Source: Mobula hypostoma (Eukaryota). Taken from it: 64,000 nucleotides of DNA. Of this stretch, positions 23,846 through 38,099 are shown in pieces. The translations under genes and the position numbers were made by a program. The stretch is taken from positions 39,000,001 to 39,064,000 of the forward strand of contig NC_086108.1 of NCBI RefSeq assembly GCF_963921235.1. Direction: 5' to 3'. The notes below the pieces were generated by a model. The model ran no database searches, had not been told where the DNA came from, and was given only the letters and a program-made list of their open reading frames with translations. Position 1 is the stretch's first letter. Every line of letters begins with the position of its first letter.

Positions 23846-26800
23846 CTACCCATCTTGGACTTTGACTATCTGTTTAACAAAACTCAATTATTATAATAAA
23901 TATCAACAATAAATGGAATAACTGGAAAGTCTCAGTTCAGAATGTACTGGTGGAAAGGGTCACAGGTTTATCATTTCAAGTCAGAACTCTCAGCAGAACT
24001 AGAAGAGAGGAAGCAAGCGAGTCCAACCTGAATGCTTCCAGCACTGTTTTTCTTAGTCCCAGTTTCCAGAATTTATGTTGTATTGACTTTCATTTACTAA
24101 TTCTTAGTTCTGGCCCACATAAAATGTTTGAAGATATAGATATAAGTAAGTTTGCAACATTTCTCCACAAATGGAATTCAAACTTTATGTGCATCCACAG
24201 AAACAATAGCCTCAGAGGAGAAAAACACAGTGTCTTGCATATATTCTGCTTACCAGGAGTTCAGAAAGAAAAAGTAAACATACTGAGGTAGGAACAGACA
24301 AACTTACAGATAAAAGACTTTATTAGATTTAGAAATGCTTCACTATTCATTGGTCTGTAGGAAATCACAGGTTTAACTCATTCCCAAATCATATTTTGTT
24401 CCATTTATCTATTGATGCAGTAATCTATTCAAACGTTTAACTAGAGCTTCCTGCTATATATAAATCATTTGCTGTTTCTGTTATATAAAATGATAAAGTC
24501 AAGCCAAAGAGTTATGTAACTTTGAAGTTCTAAGACTGATACAATTCTCGTGTTATCAATTTTCAACTTTCAGTATTGCTTTTGAATGCGTATATTGCAA
24601 AATTCTGACATTTCAATAAATTTCAAAGCAACTTAAGTAATGTTGTCAGATAAAAGGTTTTGACAGTCTCTATGAGGGGGTGTAGACACTTCTACTTCAG
24701 AATTTGCATAACTGTTTTGGGCAGTCATTTCCTAGCTCCTAACCCTTTATGAAATGAAAACTTTTCAGGGAGCGAAACAGGCAGACCCATTCACAAATCT
24801 ATCAAATTATACCTTTCTTTAGGAAAGTGAATTGAACATTTCTTGATCAATGGTTTTTAAAAACAGATACTGTATGACACTACCATTTTCATTCATGCAT
24901 GCTGCTTTTTGAGAGGTGATCATTAAGTTTTAATGCAATAAAATGTTTCATAATGTAACATTTTTTAAAAAAAAACAAGCTGGTTCCAAACTCAATCTTC
25001 TTCTGTGTCTTCTGTGCCACTTTCAACTGAAATGGAGATTAATTGCAACCACCCTCCTTCTTATCTTTTTATACACTTAAATAAACTACCATTCTGGATT
25101 TGAATCCCATTCTTTGCAGCTTTAGATGAAGAATCTCCTTGATTTCCAAACCCTTTACATGCACAAATCTTCACTGGTGTCATCCCTGACTGTGCTCCTA
25201 TAGTACTGGAGCCTAAGACTTTTGCACAGTACTGTAGTCATTTTATGTATTGCACTGTATTGTTGCCACACAAAAAAACAAACAAATTTTATAACGTATG
25301 TGCATGATGATAAACCTGATTCTGATATGGGTCTCTATTGTGGACTGAGAGTGAGAAGGGGGCAGGAAGAGGGAAATCATAGTTGGGAAAAGGTGAAGGG
25401 AGAGGGGAGGGAGCAGGAAGCACCAGAGAGACATTCCATAATGATTCATAAACCGACTGTTTGGAATCAAATGACATTGCCTATCGTCTCAGGGTTGGTG
25501 AATCTGTACCCATGCAAGCCTCCGCTCCAACACTCCTCTGCCACCTATCCCACAATCCTCCCGTAGCGCCTCACCCTCGCCAATTCCCATATACTTTGCT
25601 CCTGCCAGATTTACAAACTCTCTCTCTGCTCCACGTTGACAAATACAGTATTGTACAATAGCCTCGGCACCCTGGCTATAAATATGTCCCTAAGACCCAT
25701 ACTGTGTCTTCGTACTTGCACAGCACTGTTTTGTTAAGGTTTTCCATCAGAGGAATGGATCCTATTTACTCTATCTAATCCTTTAATGATAGTAAACAAC
25801 CTCAATTAGATCATCATCTTCTGTACTCAAGTTTTACAATCCTTTCGAGGACACTGTAGAGGATTACTTTGTTACCTACACTGGTTTTTAATCTAATCAT
25901 ACTGGTCACACTTTGAAACAAAATGACAAGCATTTTGTGCTTTTGCAAACTAAAAAGCAGCTTATGCAAAGTATAACTTGAGAAATGAACAATTGGAGCA
26001 CAGTACAGCAATTATTTTACTGATAAACTATGTGTAAAAGGAAATGAAATTCCATGTAGAGGCGTCATTGGGTCACAATGGCAAAAATAAATCATATCAT
26101 GGGATACAAACATCCATGGCAATTGGATGTCAAACCTGATGCTAGCACATGACAATATCACATTGTTACATCACGTCACAATACCAGATACCATTCTATA
26201 GTGATTTCCTTGGTGAGCAGCTGCTGGCAAGGTACTAATCCCCAGAGTCAGTTGAGTGCTGGCCACTATGTTCTTCCTCACAGCAAACCCAATGGAATTT
26301 TAACACTTTACTTCCACCAGGTCCCAAGCTTCAGGAGACCAGACTTCAGGCAATAAAAGATCAATATAAAATTGTTACATGCTTCTTGGTCTTACTACTT
26401 TATACCCAATTTGTGCCTTTTTGAAAACAGCCATGGTACAGTACTTGTTATAAGTTGGCGCAACATCCAAATAGTAAAATGGAGGCAGAATATGATTCTA
26501 TTGTTAAAATTTCTAGTGTTAAACATTTAATGTACTACCTGAAGGAAAATGTGTAAATAGAAGATCAGAAAACATTAATTCAGCATCTCTAATGAAATGT
26601 AGTATTGGATGCTCTGCTTGGAAAAGGTAATTTTAACAAGACATCTGCATCACTCCCGAGGAGGGATCCCTGTTAGGCAATACACATCAACCATGTCATA
26701 ATGATTCAGAAAATTTAGCAAAAATGTTACAAGACATAAGCTGTCCATTGTAATGTTATGAATTAGCTCAAGACAGCAGTGCATGCAATGAGGTTGTACA

Positions 26801-28319
26801 TCAAGGAGACCTAGTGCTCCAGTGTGTAAGTGTGGAACTGCTGAAGTGACATAAGTGCCACCTTTTGGAAGAGATACTTGGCCAAGGCCCTGTGGAAGTT
26901 AATGACTACACGGCGATATCTTGAAGAGCAAGGGAACTACTCCCATGTCTAGGCCAAAACTTATTCCTCATTCTATTTCTCAGACTGGACTGTTTATAGG
27001 GTTGCAGTACGGCAATCACTTTCCAAATGACATTGCCACAGGGTCATTAAACACGGGAACAGACCCTTCGGTCCACTTTGTACACACTGATCATCAAGTA
27101 CCCTACATTGATTCTATTTTTCCTGTTGTTTCTCCATTAATTTCCCCTTCCCACTAGGCTCCTATTTCTACTTTAAGGGCAATTTGCAGGAGCTAACTAA
27201 CATACAGCTGGCACCACTTTGGCACGAGGGAGGAAAGCAAAGCAGGTGGAGGGAAAGCACACAGTTGCAGAGAGAATGTGCAAACTCCATACACACAGGA
27301 CCTAAAATCCGAGTTGAACCTGATCAGTGAGGCAAGAGAACTAACCATTCCACCACCGTGCCACCTTTTACACTGCTCTATCCACATTGATTCTGGGTTC
27401 CAGGGTCCAAATTGTTTCCAGCCCTGTCATACACTTTCCTTTTATTTTATAAATAGTTTATTCATCCATGTATTTCACTTAATAATCTATTCAAAATAAT
27501 GCAATTGACCACAAGATGGCAGAGTGTAATTGTGTATAACAGTAAACTATGGGGTTAATTTCATGGATAATTGACCTCACGATCCCACAGTGACTTCAAA
27601 TTTATTAACTTCACAAGGAGAATTCTTTATATTTGTAGTACACCTGTATTTATTTTCAAATTAACTTGTTTCATCGAACCAGTGACAAGTAAGAAAGTAC
27701 TGCTAATTAAAAGGGCATTATTTCCGTAGGTTTTTATCCTCAATGAAGTAATCACAGTTATGTTCTTAATAACATTGCTGAACTTAAAGAAAAACACTTT
27801 TAATGTGACATTTCATAACTAGACAAAGATGATTTCTATTCCCTCTCTGTGCAATTACTTGGCTTATAAAAACTATTCACTACCATGAATGATTTGCTGA
27901 CCACCGTTTTGGCACAGGTACGGAATTTACCACCACAACTGCAAATAATTTTCCCATTGCCAAAATGCATTGGTCCAATTAATGTAAATTATACCAGCCA
28001 CAAGCTACATCCAAACACAGTTTGAGTCATCAGCTGTGGAAGAAAATCATCTCTCTTTTTTTCATCTGAGGAATTTGAGCTAGCAGATAAAGTTTTGACA
28101 ACGGATTCTTAATTCAAGATTATGCATGCTTAATAGTCAAACAAAATAAAGCAACTATGCAAAATTAAAGACAGGTAGGATCTGGGAGGATTTGTTGGGA
28201 ATATTGGGGAGAAAATACTGGGAAATTTTGAAGGATGGCACTTCCTGTAACAGTTCATAAAATTCCATCTTCCCCATACCATACTGGAACTATACTACAC
28301 TGGCATCATAAAGAACATC

Positions 28320-28860
28320 CTCACATCAGCCATTACTGTCTGGTCTAGTGCAGCATCCCCTCAAAATATACAAGAACTACAACTACCTGTCACATCAGCA
28401 GTAAAAGTAATTGGCTGCAGTCAACCATCATTATAAGACTTGTATGTGTCCAGGACAAGAAGCAGGCAGGAAAATTATCGCTGACATTCCCCACCCTGCA
28501 AAAGCTCCTTTCTGGAAAGCACTATAGGGTTATTAAAACAAAGAAAAAACTTCACGCCATCTTAAAAGTTTCTTTCCCCAGGCAGTTAATCTGATCAACC
28601 ACTATAGTCTGCTTCCCCACCCGCTCTAGCTATTATGCCTCCCATCACTGCACATACTTTAAAGCATTTTTTATAGTTTTGTTTATATTGCTAATATATG
28701 CTGATATTTATGTATTTATGCATATTTTATTCCCTAGCCGACCATTAAGCTCTAACCTTATTTCCTTTGTATAAATTTTGTTTTTGTTGCATGTTGCACC
28801 CTGACCAACACCCAATAAATTCCGAATACATGTAAGTGTGCATGGTAAATAAAGTTGGCC
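28320..28860 (+). mobile_element. Rex/Babar-like non-LTR element, 3' fragment
   Basis: Decayed ILTSAITVW...PHP..LLSGKxYR...SFFPQAV remnant; ends in catggtaaataaag. Confidence 0.55.
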
Positions 28861-31800
28861 CTTGATCAGGGTGCTTGATGGTCAGCACAGACTCAGTGGG
28901 CTGAAAGGTCTGTTCCTTTGTTGTACTGTTCTGTTTTAAGAGTCGCACAGCAGCACAAGACCATGTTACTGCAGGTGCGGTAAATTTAAACCAAGTGCGG
29001 AAAATATCAAGAAAGCTTCAGCTTCAATGAAAGAGCAGAACAGTTAACAGAGATGTTTTCTAACTTGCTGAATATTTCCATCTTCTGTACTTTTTTAAAA
29101 AAGCCACGGGGTGAGAGGATACACTAACTGAATAAATAATTTATAAGTGCTTCTTGAAATCCTAAAACGATTGGTCTGGAAGGACCATTACTGAGAACAT
29201 CAGAAAGAATGACACAGCATTGTAGTGGTGAGCACAACGCTTACATTACCAGTGACCAGGGCTCATTTCCCGCTGCCGACTGTAAGGAGTTGTATGTTCT
29301 TCCTGTGACCATGTGGGTTTCCCTCGGCTGCTCCAGTTTCCTCGCACAGTCCAAAGACGTACCGTTTGGTAGGTTAATTGGTCACTGTAAATTGCTAAAC
29401 TGGGGGTTGCTGGGTGTTGTGGCTCAAAGGGCCTATTTCATGCTGTGTCTCAATAAATAAATAAATAGTTATTCAGAGTCTGGTCTTCATGACTTAGGTG
29501 TGTCAGCTTCTCTATACCTTGAAAACAAGCTAAAACTTATGGCCTTAAACAGGCCTTAGGGAAGTTTGCAAATTCATTTTGCCACCCCAATCCTCACCCA
29601 AGAAAATGAAGGGATTTAAAAATAGGAACATTACTGAGAAATGGCACAGAGAATACACTCCATTGTTAACTATCAAGATTCATTCAAATAAACCTTATGC
29701 ATGGTCTATGTTTGAAGTGTCACAAAACACATGGCAACTGTCACCAAGGATGACATGAGTAGTCCTTTAACAATGTTGGCTGTATGAACAAAACCAACAA
29801 CTTTATGGCAGACAATTAAAATGTTCTGCAAGACTGATTATGTTAAGAGATAGCAGGAGAAATTCCTTTTAATTTCTCAATGTGAAAAGTGGTTGTAAAG
29901 CAACAACAAAATTTAACAAATCTCTCTACATATCTGAAGTGCAAAAAATAAATTGACTTTACTGACATGTTTCTTGGCCGTTGATTTCAATTTCTGGTCA
30001 ATGAGGCCCAAAGCACATTGCAACACAAAAGAGTACAATTAACCATCTAAGGAAAAAATGTCACTTTTTTTAAGCTATAAAACAAAGAATGGGGTTTTGA
30101 CAAATAACTTGTAATTACAAGGAACTTATCACCACTAAAAATAGAATATTCATGCATGTCATTGTGCATTTAATTCAAAAGAACATTTAACTCTAAAAGT
30201 GACCGAAGATACATTTAATGTTTTCAGACAACAAACTACCACCAGGGGTTCTCCTGGGTATTTCAATATGTTATGTTGTGTAATGAAGAGAACTATTCTG
30301 TGACTTCCGCTCTGTGACTGCTATTGGTGTTCCTTCCCTTAATTAATTCTGGTAGTTCAAAACCACCATTTAATGCTTCATCATTGTATAACTATGTCAC
30401 GTAGTTGTTGTGTAGTTTCTTTTATAATTCACAATGCTGCAAAAAGGTTCACAGACTGGATAAAAAATGCACATGACCCAATAGTCAATGCGTAAATAGA
30501 AAAAGACATTCACCCAAGGACAGAAAGCTCCACGGTTCAAATGGGGTGCTGCAAAACTCAACCCTGCTTAGGGACGTTGGCAGGGGAATGTACTTGGAAG
30601 TGAACTTGAAATTTTAAAGATGAAAGTCTTCCTTTAATGTTTGTAAATAGAGATAGTTACCATCTGTTTATATCGCCTGATAAAATTTTCTGCTACTCTG
30701 AAAAACAGTACTCTGTACACCTCCCACACACAAGCAATTCTGAACTAACTTCCAGGTTTATATGCTCTGTGAGCTGCCGGAATAGGTGTCATCGGCAATA
30801 CGTAGTCAGTACTCAAAATACAACTTGTTAAATATTCAATTATTGATCCATTATTACAGATTGTACAACTCAAGCATAATATTGCTTGTGTGTATGTGGG
30901 AGTGGTATAAAATTTTTTTTTTAAATTGTTTTTTCAATGGGAAATGTATTTGTTTCTTCGAATATGTTTAGTGCAAATGTTGATAATGTTAACTGAGGAG
31001 GGATTGCTTGTCACAAAATCTCTTACATTCAGTTGGACCCCTCATCTGAAATACAGTACATTTGGTAAAACAAGATGGCTTCAGGACTGCACTGACATAT
31101 CAGAAGAAATTATGTATAAAAATGCTCCAGTGGGTTTAGCACATGATTCTCCAGTGCAGACAAGGGAGTGGTATAACTGAGTCAATCTGACATTTCAAGC
31201 TAAGGAAAATGCAGCTATAAGAGCAGCACTAGCTCAGGATAACTACATCGTATACCTGAAAGACATAATGCTACCAATTCTGAAAGTAGTCTGCAGGTTA
31301 GGTAACACCTATGGAGAGGGAAACAGTTCGTGTTTCAGTTCTGAAGAAAAATCTAATGAAACTGGTAAGTTAACTCCATTTTGTTGTCTACAGATGTCCC
31401 TTGACCTGCTAAGAAATTGCAAAATTCAGTTAAAATTTAGATTTCTAGAACTAACATTTGTTAGTCTCTTTCTGTGCTTTGTCATATTATCACTACTATT
31501 TTACTATGCTAAGTCTCCCACTTTCAGATTTTAATTATTGTTGGCAATTTAAAACTTTTGATTTCTATAGCATCTTTAATATCCCAAAGCAGTTTATAAA
31601 TCGTGCATTTCAAATGCAGACATTATTGCAAAGAATGCTTGTTTACTCTCTCACTCCAGTCTTCTTTCCTTCAGAGTTTTGCTTCATGCATATAAATATT
31701 TCAGCTACCATTTTCTGGTTGAAGTACAGAAAACAACTCCTCAATCTAGCTGACTAAGTTGCATAGCTACTTGCTCTGTTCACTTAAGAGTACAATTTGC

Positions 31801-32115
31801 TGGACAGTGGACATTGTCTCTTTGTCTCTGATTTATACAGTGTTCCACTGTAACACCCCATGGAAAGTCCACAGACAGCTGTAGCAGTATTTCACATTTG
31901 TCATCCATTTTACAATATTGCTTGAAGCATTTTGGAGGATTTTTCTGAAGTTGGTTGTAACTACAAATACTCCACATTGATATTATTTGTTAAAATGTGT
32001 CTTGAACATTAATGTATTGAAATAATAATATGAAATGAAAGTCACTAAAAAATCGGGACAGAAATAGCAAATAAAGTGGATATTCCACAAAAGTTAGTCC
32101 AATTCCGTTCCTTAC

Positions 32116-32229
32116 CTGTTTACGTTTAGTGGCTGGAAGCCTGTTCTTCAAAATATCAGAGTTCGATCGCCTTTGTAGGTTTGGAGATGCAGTCTTGTTG
32201 TAATCCAAGTCATCATCTTCATTTGCTTC
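32116..32229 (-). CDS. DENND1B: DENND1B-like exon: EANEDDDLDYNKTASPNLQRRSNSDILKNRLPATKRKQ
   Basis: tttacacag acceptor and gtaagg donor; 114 nt, phase 0 to 0; in frame with neighbouring exons. Confidence 0.82.
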
Positions 32230-32841
32230 CTGTGTAAAACAGTAAATCCAATGGCTGCAGTTCAATTCAATTTGATGATAGAAATATCATAAGTGAAAAA
32301 CTATTTTCTTCACCACCCAACACCAAATCTCTCTCAGCCCTTAACAAGGAAGACTTTTTTCCCCAAATATGAATTTGCAATGAGTCTAGGAACACAGTAT
32401 CAGTCTGCATTCTGTTTAATCTACACTTTGTTGCTAACAAAAAATGATTTTACATTTTAACTCTGCTGGTAGTCTGTTTGATATAAATCTAAGCAAACTT
32501 TACACGTGAGTTGGCTATGATTTCAGTGCCAATTAGACATTTAAAGCATCAACTGCAATATCAAAACAATCATCTTCATTAAAATGCACGTTATGTTCTA
32601 AGCAATATTTGGGACATCAATATTTCTGTAATAAAATATGCAAACAAAAAAAGGATCATTCAGCCACTGCATGAGACAATAGCAGATCATGATAGCCTGA
32701 GGGTCAGTATGAAAAATGCATGTTATTGAACAAAGAACTAAGCAAATTTCACAAATCATTAACAGACGATGTCTCTTGCAACTTCCTTGCTTTAGATATT
32801 TCAAAGAATACAACGTAAGTGAAGTGAGATATGTTATGTAC

Positions 32842-32898
32842 CTTCTGCTTTAACATGCTCTTCACTTCTTTGATCCCCATCTTAGCCTGATTCTTAGC
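32842..32898 (-). CDS. DENND1B: DENND1B-like exon: AKNQAKMGIKEVKSMLKQK
   Basis: ttcttcaag acceptor and gtacat donor; 57 nt, phase 0 to 0; matches the conserved DENND1 AKxxAKxGxKEVKSxLKxK segment. Confidence 0.92.
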
Positions 32899-32932
32899 CT
32901 TGAAGAAAAGAAAATGTTTTATACAGCAAACC

Positions 32933-33120
32933 ATAAACATGAGAAAGTTTGCAGATGCTGAAAATCCAAAGCAACACACACAAAATGCTGGAGGAACTCA
33001 GCAGATCAGGCAGCATCTATGGAAATGAATAAACTGTCGACATTTTGGGTCGAGAACCTTCTTCAGGATTGGAAAGGAAAGGGGATGACGCCAAAATAGA
33101 AAGGTGGGGGGAGGGAGGCA
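32933..33120 (-). mobile_element. Penelope pLTR fragment immediately upstream of a DENND1B exon
   Basis: Same family as the 22530-22660 copy; the hammerhead GAAA is mutated to AAAA. Confidence 0.8.
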
Positions 33121-33592
33121 TTCCTTTTAAATGTAATAAAATTTTCTTCTTATGAATAGTTCATAATAATTTTCTTTTAGAGATGCCATCAGGTATTAAA
33201 ACCAATTATTTTCACTGAGGATGGTTTTCTTTAATCCTTTAAATGCATTTACTTATTCACAGGATGTGGATATAGCTGCCAATGCCAGGATTTGTGACCC
33301 CTACGTAAATATCCCAAATAGCAGTCAATCCCAAAGGCGGCTCTAACATAAAGCCCAACCGGATAGAAAAGATTTCCTTGTCTGAAACAAAGTTAGATTG
33401 TTATGACAATCCTGCAATTGCATGGTCACCAATACCACCTTTACTAATACTAATTCTTTTGTTGATTACTTGAATTGAAATTCTTTGCTGCCATTGTGAA
33501 ATTTGAACAATGGTGAAGAAGAAATCTGATTGCTCGTCCTCTACCACACCTTAACTTATCAGGGCTTTCAGATGAAATATTACCACAAGCTA

Positions 33593-36060
33593 CAGTTGCA
33601 AAAAAAAGTTTGCGAACCCTTTGCAATTACCTGTTTTTCTGCATTAATTATAAAATGCGCTCTGATCTTTATCTAAGTCACAGTAATAGACAAACACAAT
33701 TTGCTAAACTAATAACAAACAATTGTACTTCTCCTCATCAATACTGAGTACATCATTTAAACAATCACAGTCTAGGTTCAAAATAAGTATGTGAATTTCT
33801 GGGGGTAATGCCTTCTACAACAGCTATTTGGAGTCAGGTGTTCCAATCAATGAGATCAGATTAGATCTGTGGGTTGTAGGGGTGCCCTGCCCTATATAAA
33901 AAAACACACAAGGTCAAATTACTGACAGAGCCTGCTCTTCTCAAAGATCTGTTTATGCGCACCATGCCCTGATCAAAACAACTTTCAGAGGACCTTAGAA
34001 GAATTGTAGAGATACATGAAGCTGGAAAAGGCAACAAAAACATTTCTAAAGACCTGAGTATTCATCAGTCCACGGTAGGAGAAATTGTCGGCCAATGGAG
34101 GAAACTCAGTACCATTGCTACTCTCCCTAGCAGCAGACATCCTGCAAAGATCACACCAACAGCAGAACGTGCGATGCTGAAGGAGGTGAAAAAGAACCCA
34201 AGAGTAACAGGAAAAGACCGGCAGAAATCTCTAGAACTTGCTAAAGTCTGTTTATGTGTCCATTAAAAGAAAAATACTGAACAAGAATGGTGTTCATTGA
34301 AGGACACCACAGAGGAAACCACTGCTCTCCAAAAAAAAAATTGCTGCACCTCAAGTTTGCAAAGCACCACCTGAATGTTCCACAACACTTGTGGGATAAT
34401 GTGGTGTAGACAGATGAGAGAAAAGTTAAACTTTTTGGCAGAAATGCACACCGCTATGTTTGGAAGCAAAAGGGTACTGCACACCAACATCAAAACTTCT
34501 TCAGAACCGTGAGGTATAGTGGAAACAGCATCATGGTTTGGGGCTGCTTTGTTGCCTCAGGGCCTGGAACTTTTTTTGTTTAGAGATAACGCACAGTAAC
34601 AGGCCCTTCGGCCCAACTGTCTGTGCCGCCCAATTACACCCATGTGTCTAATTAACCTACTAACCCATGTGTCTTTGGAATGTGGGAGGAAACCTACAGG
34701 ACCACAGGAAGAACATACAAATTCCTGACACAAAGTGGCAGGACTGAAGGTCATTGGCACTGTAATACGGTTATGCTAACTGCTCCTCGATTGTGCCTCC
34801 GGCAATTTGAAACTTTCGACCCTCTTGACCTCAGTTCCTGGTGTGAACAGTTGCACATGGAGGTTGAAAGAATGTATCTCACTGGATTGCTGCATATAAA
34901 GCCTCAGCATGTGGTTTAAATAAGACCATAAAACCTCAGAGCAGAATTAGGCCATTTGGCCTGTCGAGTCTGCTCCGCCCATTCAATCAGGGATGATTTA
35001 TTTTCACTCTCAAGCCCACTCTCCTGTCTTGTCCCTGTAACCTTTGATGCCCTTACCTATCAACCTCTGCTTTAAATATAACACAACAGCAGTCTGTGGC
35101 AATGAAATCCTCAAATTCACCACCCTCTGGCTAAAGAAATTCCTGCTCAACTTTGTTCTGAAGTGCCCTGGCCTTTCCCACTACAGGAAATATCCTCTCC
35201 ACTCAATCTAGGCTTTTCATAATTCGATATGTTTCAATTGAGATTCCGCACCCCCCCCCCATTCTTCTAAACTCCAGTGAGTACAAGCCCAGAGTCATCA
35301 AATGCTCCTTTTATGCTGACCCTTTTATTATCAAGATTATTCTCAAGAACCTCTTCCAAACCTTCTCCAATGCCAGCACATCCTTTCTTAGACGTGGGGC
35401 CCACCCACTTACTCACACCATTCCTGACTTGACAGTTTGTAATCGTTGAGGGAACAATGAATACAAAATTGTATCAAGACATTTTAAAGAAGAATATCAG
35501 GGTGGCAGTCCGTCATCTGAAGTTTAACAGAAAATGGATGATGCAACCACACAATGATCCAAAATACAAGAGTAAACCCACAACAGATTGGTTTAAAAAG
35601 AAGATTTGTGTTTTGGAATGGCCAAGTCACAATCCAGACCTTAACCCAATTGAGATGCTGTGGCATGACCCGAAGAGGGCTGTTTATGCAAGGAGTCCCA
35701 GAAATATTGATGAACTGAAACAGTTTTGTATGGAGGAATGGTCTAAAATTCCTCCTCGCCATTGTGCAAGTCTGATCAGCAGCTGCAAGAAACATTTGGT
35801 GAAGGTTATTGCTGCTAAAGGAGGTACTACTAGTTATTAAATACATGGGTTCACATACTTTTTCCAGCCTAGTCTGTGAATGATTAAACAATGTGTTCAA
35901 TACAGACATGAAAATTACAATTGTTTGTGTGTTATTAGTTTAAGGCAGATTGTTTTTGTCTATTATTGTGACTTAGATGAAGATTAAACCACATTTTATG
36001 AATAATTAATGCAGAAAACCAGGTACTTGAAAAGGGTTCACAAACTTTTCCTTGCAACTG
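33593..36060 (+). mobile_element. Tc1/mariner DNA transposon, Frog Prince-like, IR/DR type, inactive
   Basis: TIRs of about 200 bp (CAGTTGCAA...GTTTGCGAACCC / GGGTTCACAAAC...TTGCAACTG) with inner direct repeats at about 33782-33800 and 35847-35863. Left flank TA, right flank AA. Transposase remnants run from 33964 (MP*SKQLSEDLR..GKG..ISK) through TDE, MVWGCFVASGPG, NDPK and WPSHNPDLNPIE to AKGGTTSY* at 35840. Confidence 0.93.
34920..35420 (-). mobile_element. CR1 3' fragment nested in the Tc1 transposase
   Basis: CR1 3' UTR start taagaccataa..gagcagaattaggcc plus ORF2 end remnants. Confidence 0.82.
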
Positions 36061-36723
36061 AATGTTGCTTATATTCTGAGACTGATCACACTGTGTTTTG
36101 GATTGCTGACTAAATATAAAAAATTTATTTCATTTCCATTTAGTATTTGCTTTGCTGAAGTGCACTATTAAAGTTCAATACCACTTTTGTGAGGATAGAG
36201 ACTTTGCAAATGATATTGAAAACAATAAACAAAGCACAGGAGGAATTCAACAGGCCAAGCAGCATCTATGCAGAAAAAGGTGTAAGCTGCCTTTTGCCTC
36301 CACAAATGCTACTTGACCCATTGAGCAATTCCAGCAGTCTGTTGTTGGTTTGAGAATTCAGAGAATTCAGTTGGTTTGATGCATTTCCCTTTGTCTTCCT
36401 ACCTGTTCAGATTATTTTTGAGGAATGCAGATGGAAAAAGAGGGAAACGCATCAAAAATATCAAACAATCATTTACTGTTCAATGCCAACTAAATTGTAA
36501 AGGAAAGAGACCCCACATTTGTAATATTTTCATACCAGTGGTTGTTAGCAATTGTAAGGAATAATGTAATAAAAATTTTCCTTGCTCCTCAATGCACTAG
36601 TCCCATTTTTTTGGTCATACCTATTGAGCAACCAGTGACTTACAGTCATAACTCAATAGTGATTAAATTGATTTTAAAGTGCAATCTATTGGTGAGACAC
36701 TTCCTCAGCTCGGCTTCCAGAGC

Positions 36724-36802
36724 ACAGGTTCCCAATCTAGGGTCCATGGACACCTCAGTTAATGATAAGGCTCCATGAAATAACAATGTTTGGGAATCCC
36801 TG
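36724..36802. mobile_element. About 80-bp hAT-type MITE
   Basis: Termini resemble CAGGGGTTCCCAA / TTGGGAATCCCTG; same family as the 42919 and 53941 copies. Confidence 0.65.
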
Positions 36803-37109
36803 CTCAAGAGGATGTGTATCAGTTGAATCACAACATCTGTATTTCCATGTTTAAATGCACAAATGTAAACATGGAAATTTGCTGTTTGATTTAATCCTTC
36901 AAAAAGGCAGGCAATGTTGGCCCTGTCATTACTTTCATTGCAAAATCAGGGCCAAGAATTTTTGGTGCTTTTAAGCTATTAAGTCATAAATAGGGCTATC
37001 ATGAACTAATTGAAATTTTAACCATGAGTTCTTTTCCAATATATTGATACAAAATTTTCCCAGTGCAATTTCCTGGGAATTAGATAAAGCAGCATGAAAG
37101 TCACCTTTG

Positions 37110-37655
37110 TCTTTGGTTCAGCCAGAACTCAAGCATTGTGCCGTTTCTGGATACCGCACTTTAGGAAAAACCTGAGGATTTCAGCGAGTGTGGAAAAAGA
37201 CACATTTCAAATTATTCCAGAGATAAGGAATGCCCGTCATCCCACTTTCTATGAAGGTGCACTGGAAAATTTAGGGCTCGAGAAAATTGCAAGAGGATTG
37301 GAGAGAGAAGTTTAAAATCTCGAAGCAGATGGAGAGGAACAGTTTCCAGTGGTGGTAAAGTCAAGAACCAAGGGACACAGAAGAAAGATCATTGGCAAAA
37401 GAACCAGAAATAAAACAAGAAAAAATATTTTTACAGAGTGAGGAGCTAGAACTTAGATTGCAATGTATAAAGTGGTTGTGGAGGCAAATTCCATTGTGGC
37501 ATTCAAAGGACAGCTGGATAGCATTTGGAAAGCAGAACATTTGCAGGGCCATGGGTGGTATGTGAGGGAGTAGGGCTGATTGGGTTGCCTATGCTTAGAG
37601 TAGGCATGCACCCTGTGGGCCCAATAACCACTCGACACGTTCTGTGATTCTGTGG
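37110..37655 (+). mobile_element. Old CR1 3' fragment
   Basis: FWIPHFRK and RTKGH remnants; CR1-like tail ttctgtgattctgtg. Confidence 0.7.
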
Positions 37656-38099
37656 CACCTGCACTGGAACACTTCCACCCTAAACTGAGGTTTTGCAGCT
37701 GGATTGCTCGTTTCAAATATCAAGCTGAAAATAGCTCGGTGATTGGTTAACTCCCTTGGCAAATTAATCATCATAGTGAGCCCTTTGGGATGCTTTCCAA
37801 TTTTTTTTCAGCTCTTTCAGGGGATATGATTGTGGGTGGCATTGTATCACTTTCTTCAATCACTGCAGTCCTGTGGTGGAAATATTCGCAAAGTGTTGTG
37901 AGGCAGGGAATGATAATTTTTACTTCATGTAAAGGCATTAATGGATGTTACAAAAGATTGCAAACTGATTTGTGTATGCCATTGATGCTACAAAATGGTT
38001 CAATACACTTTTAAGTATTTTTAGGTATTTTGAATCATACTGGTCAAAGTTAGTAAACTAGATATACAATATTACATAACTGTTCGTGGCAAACCCAGT

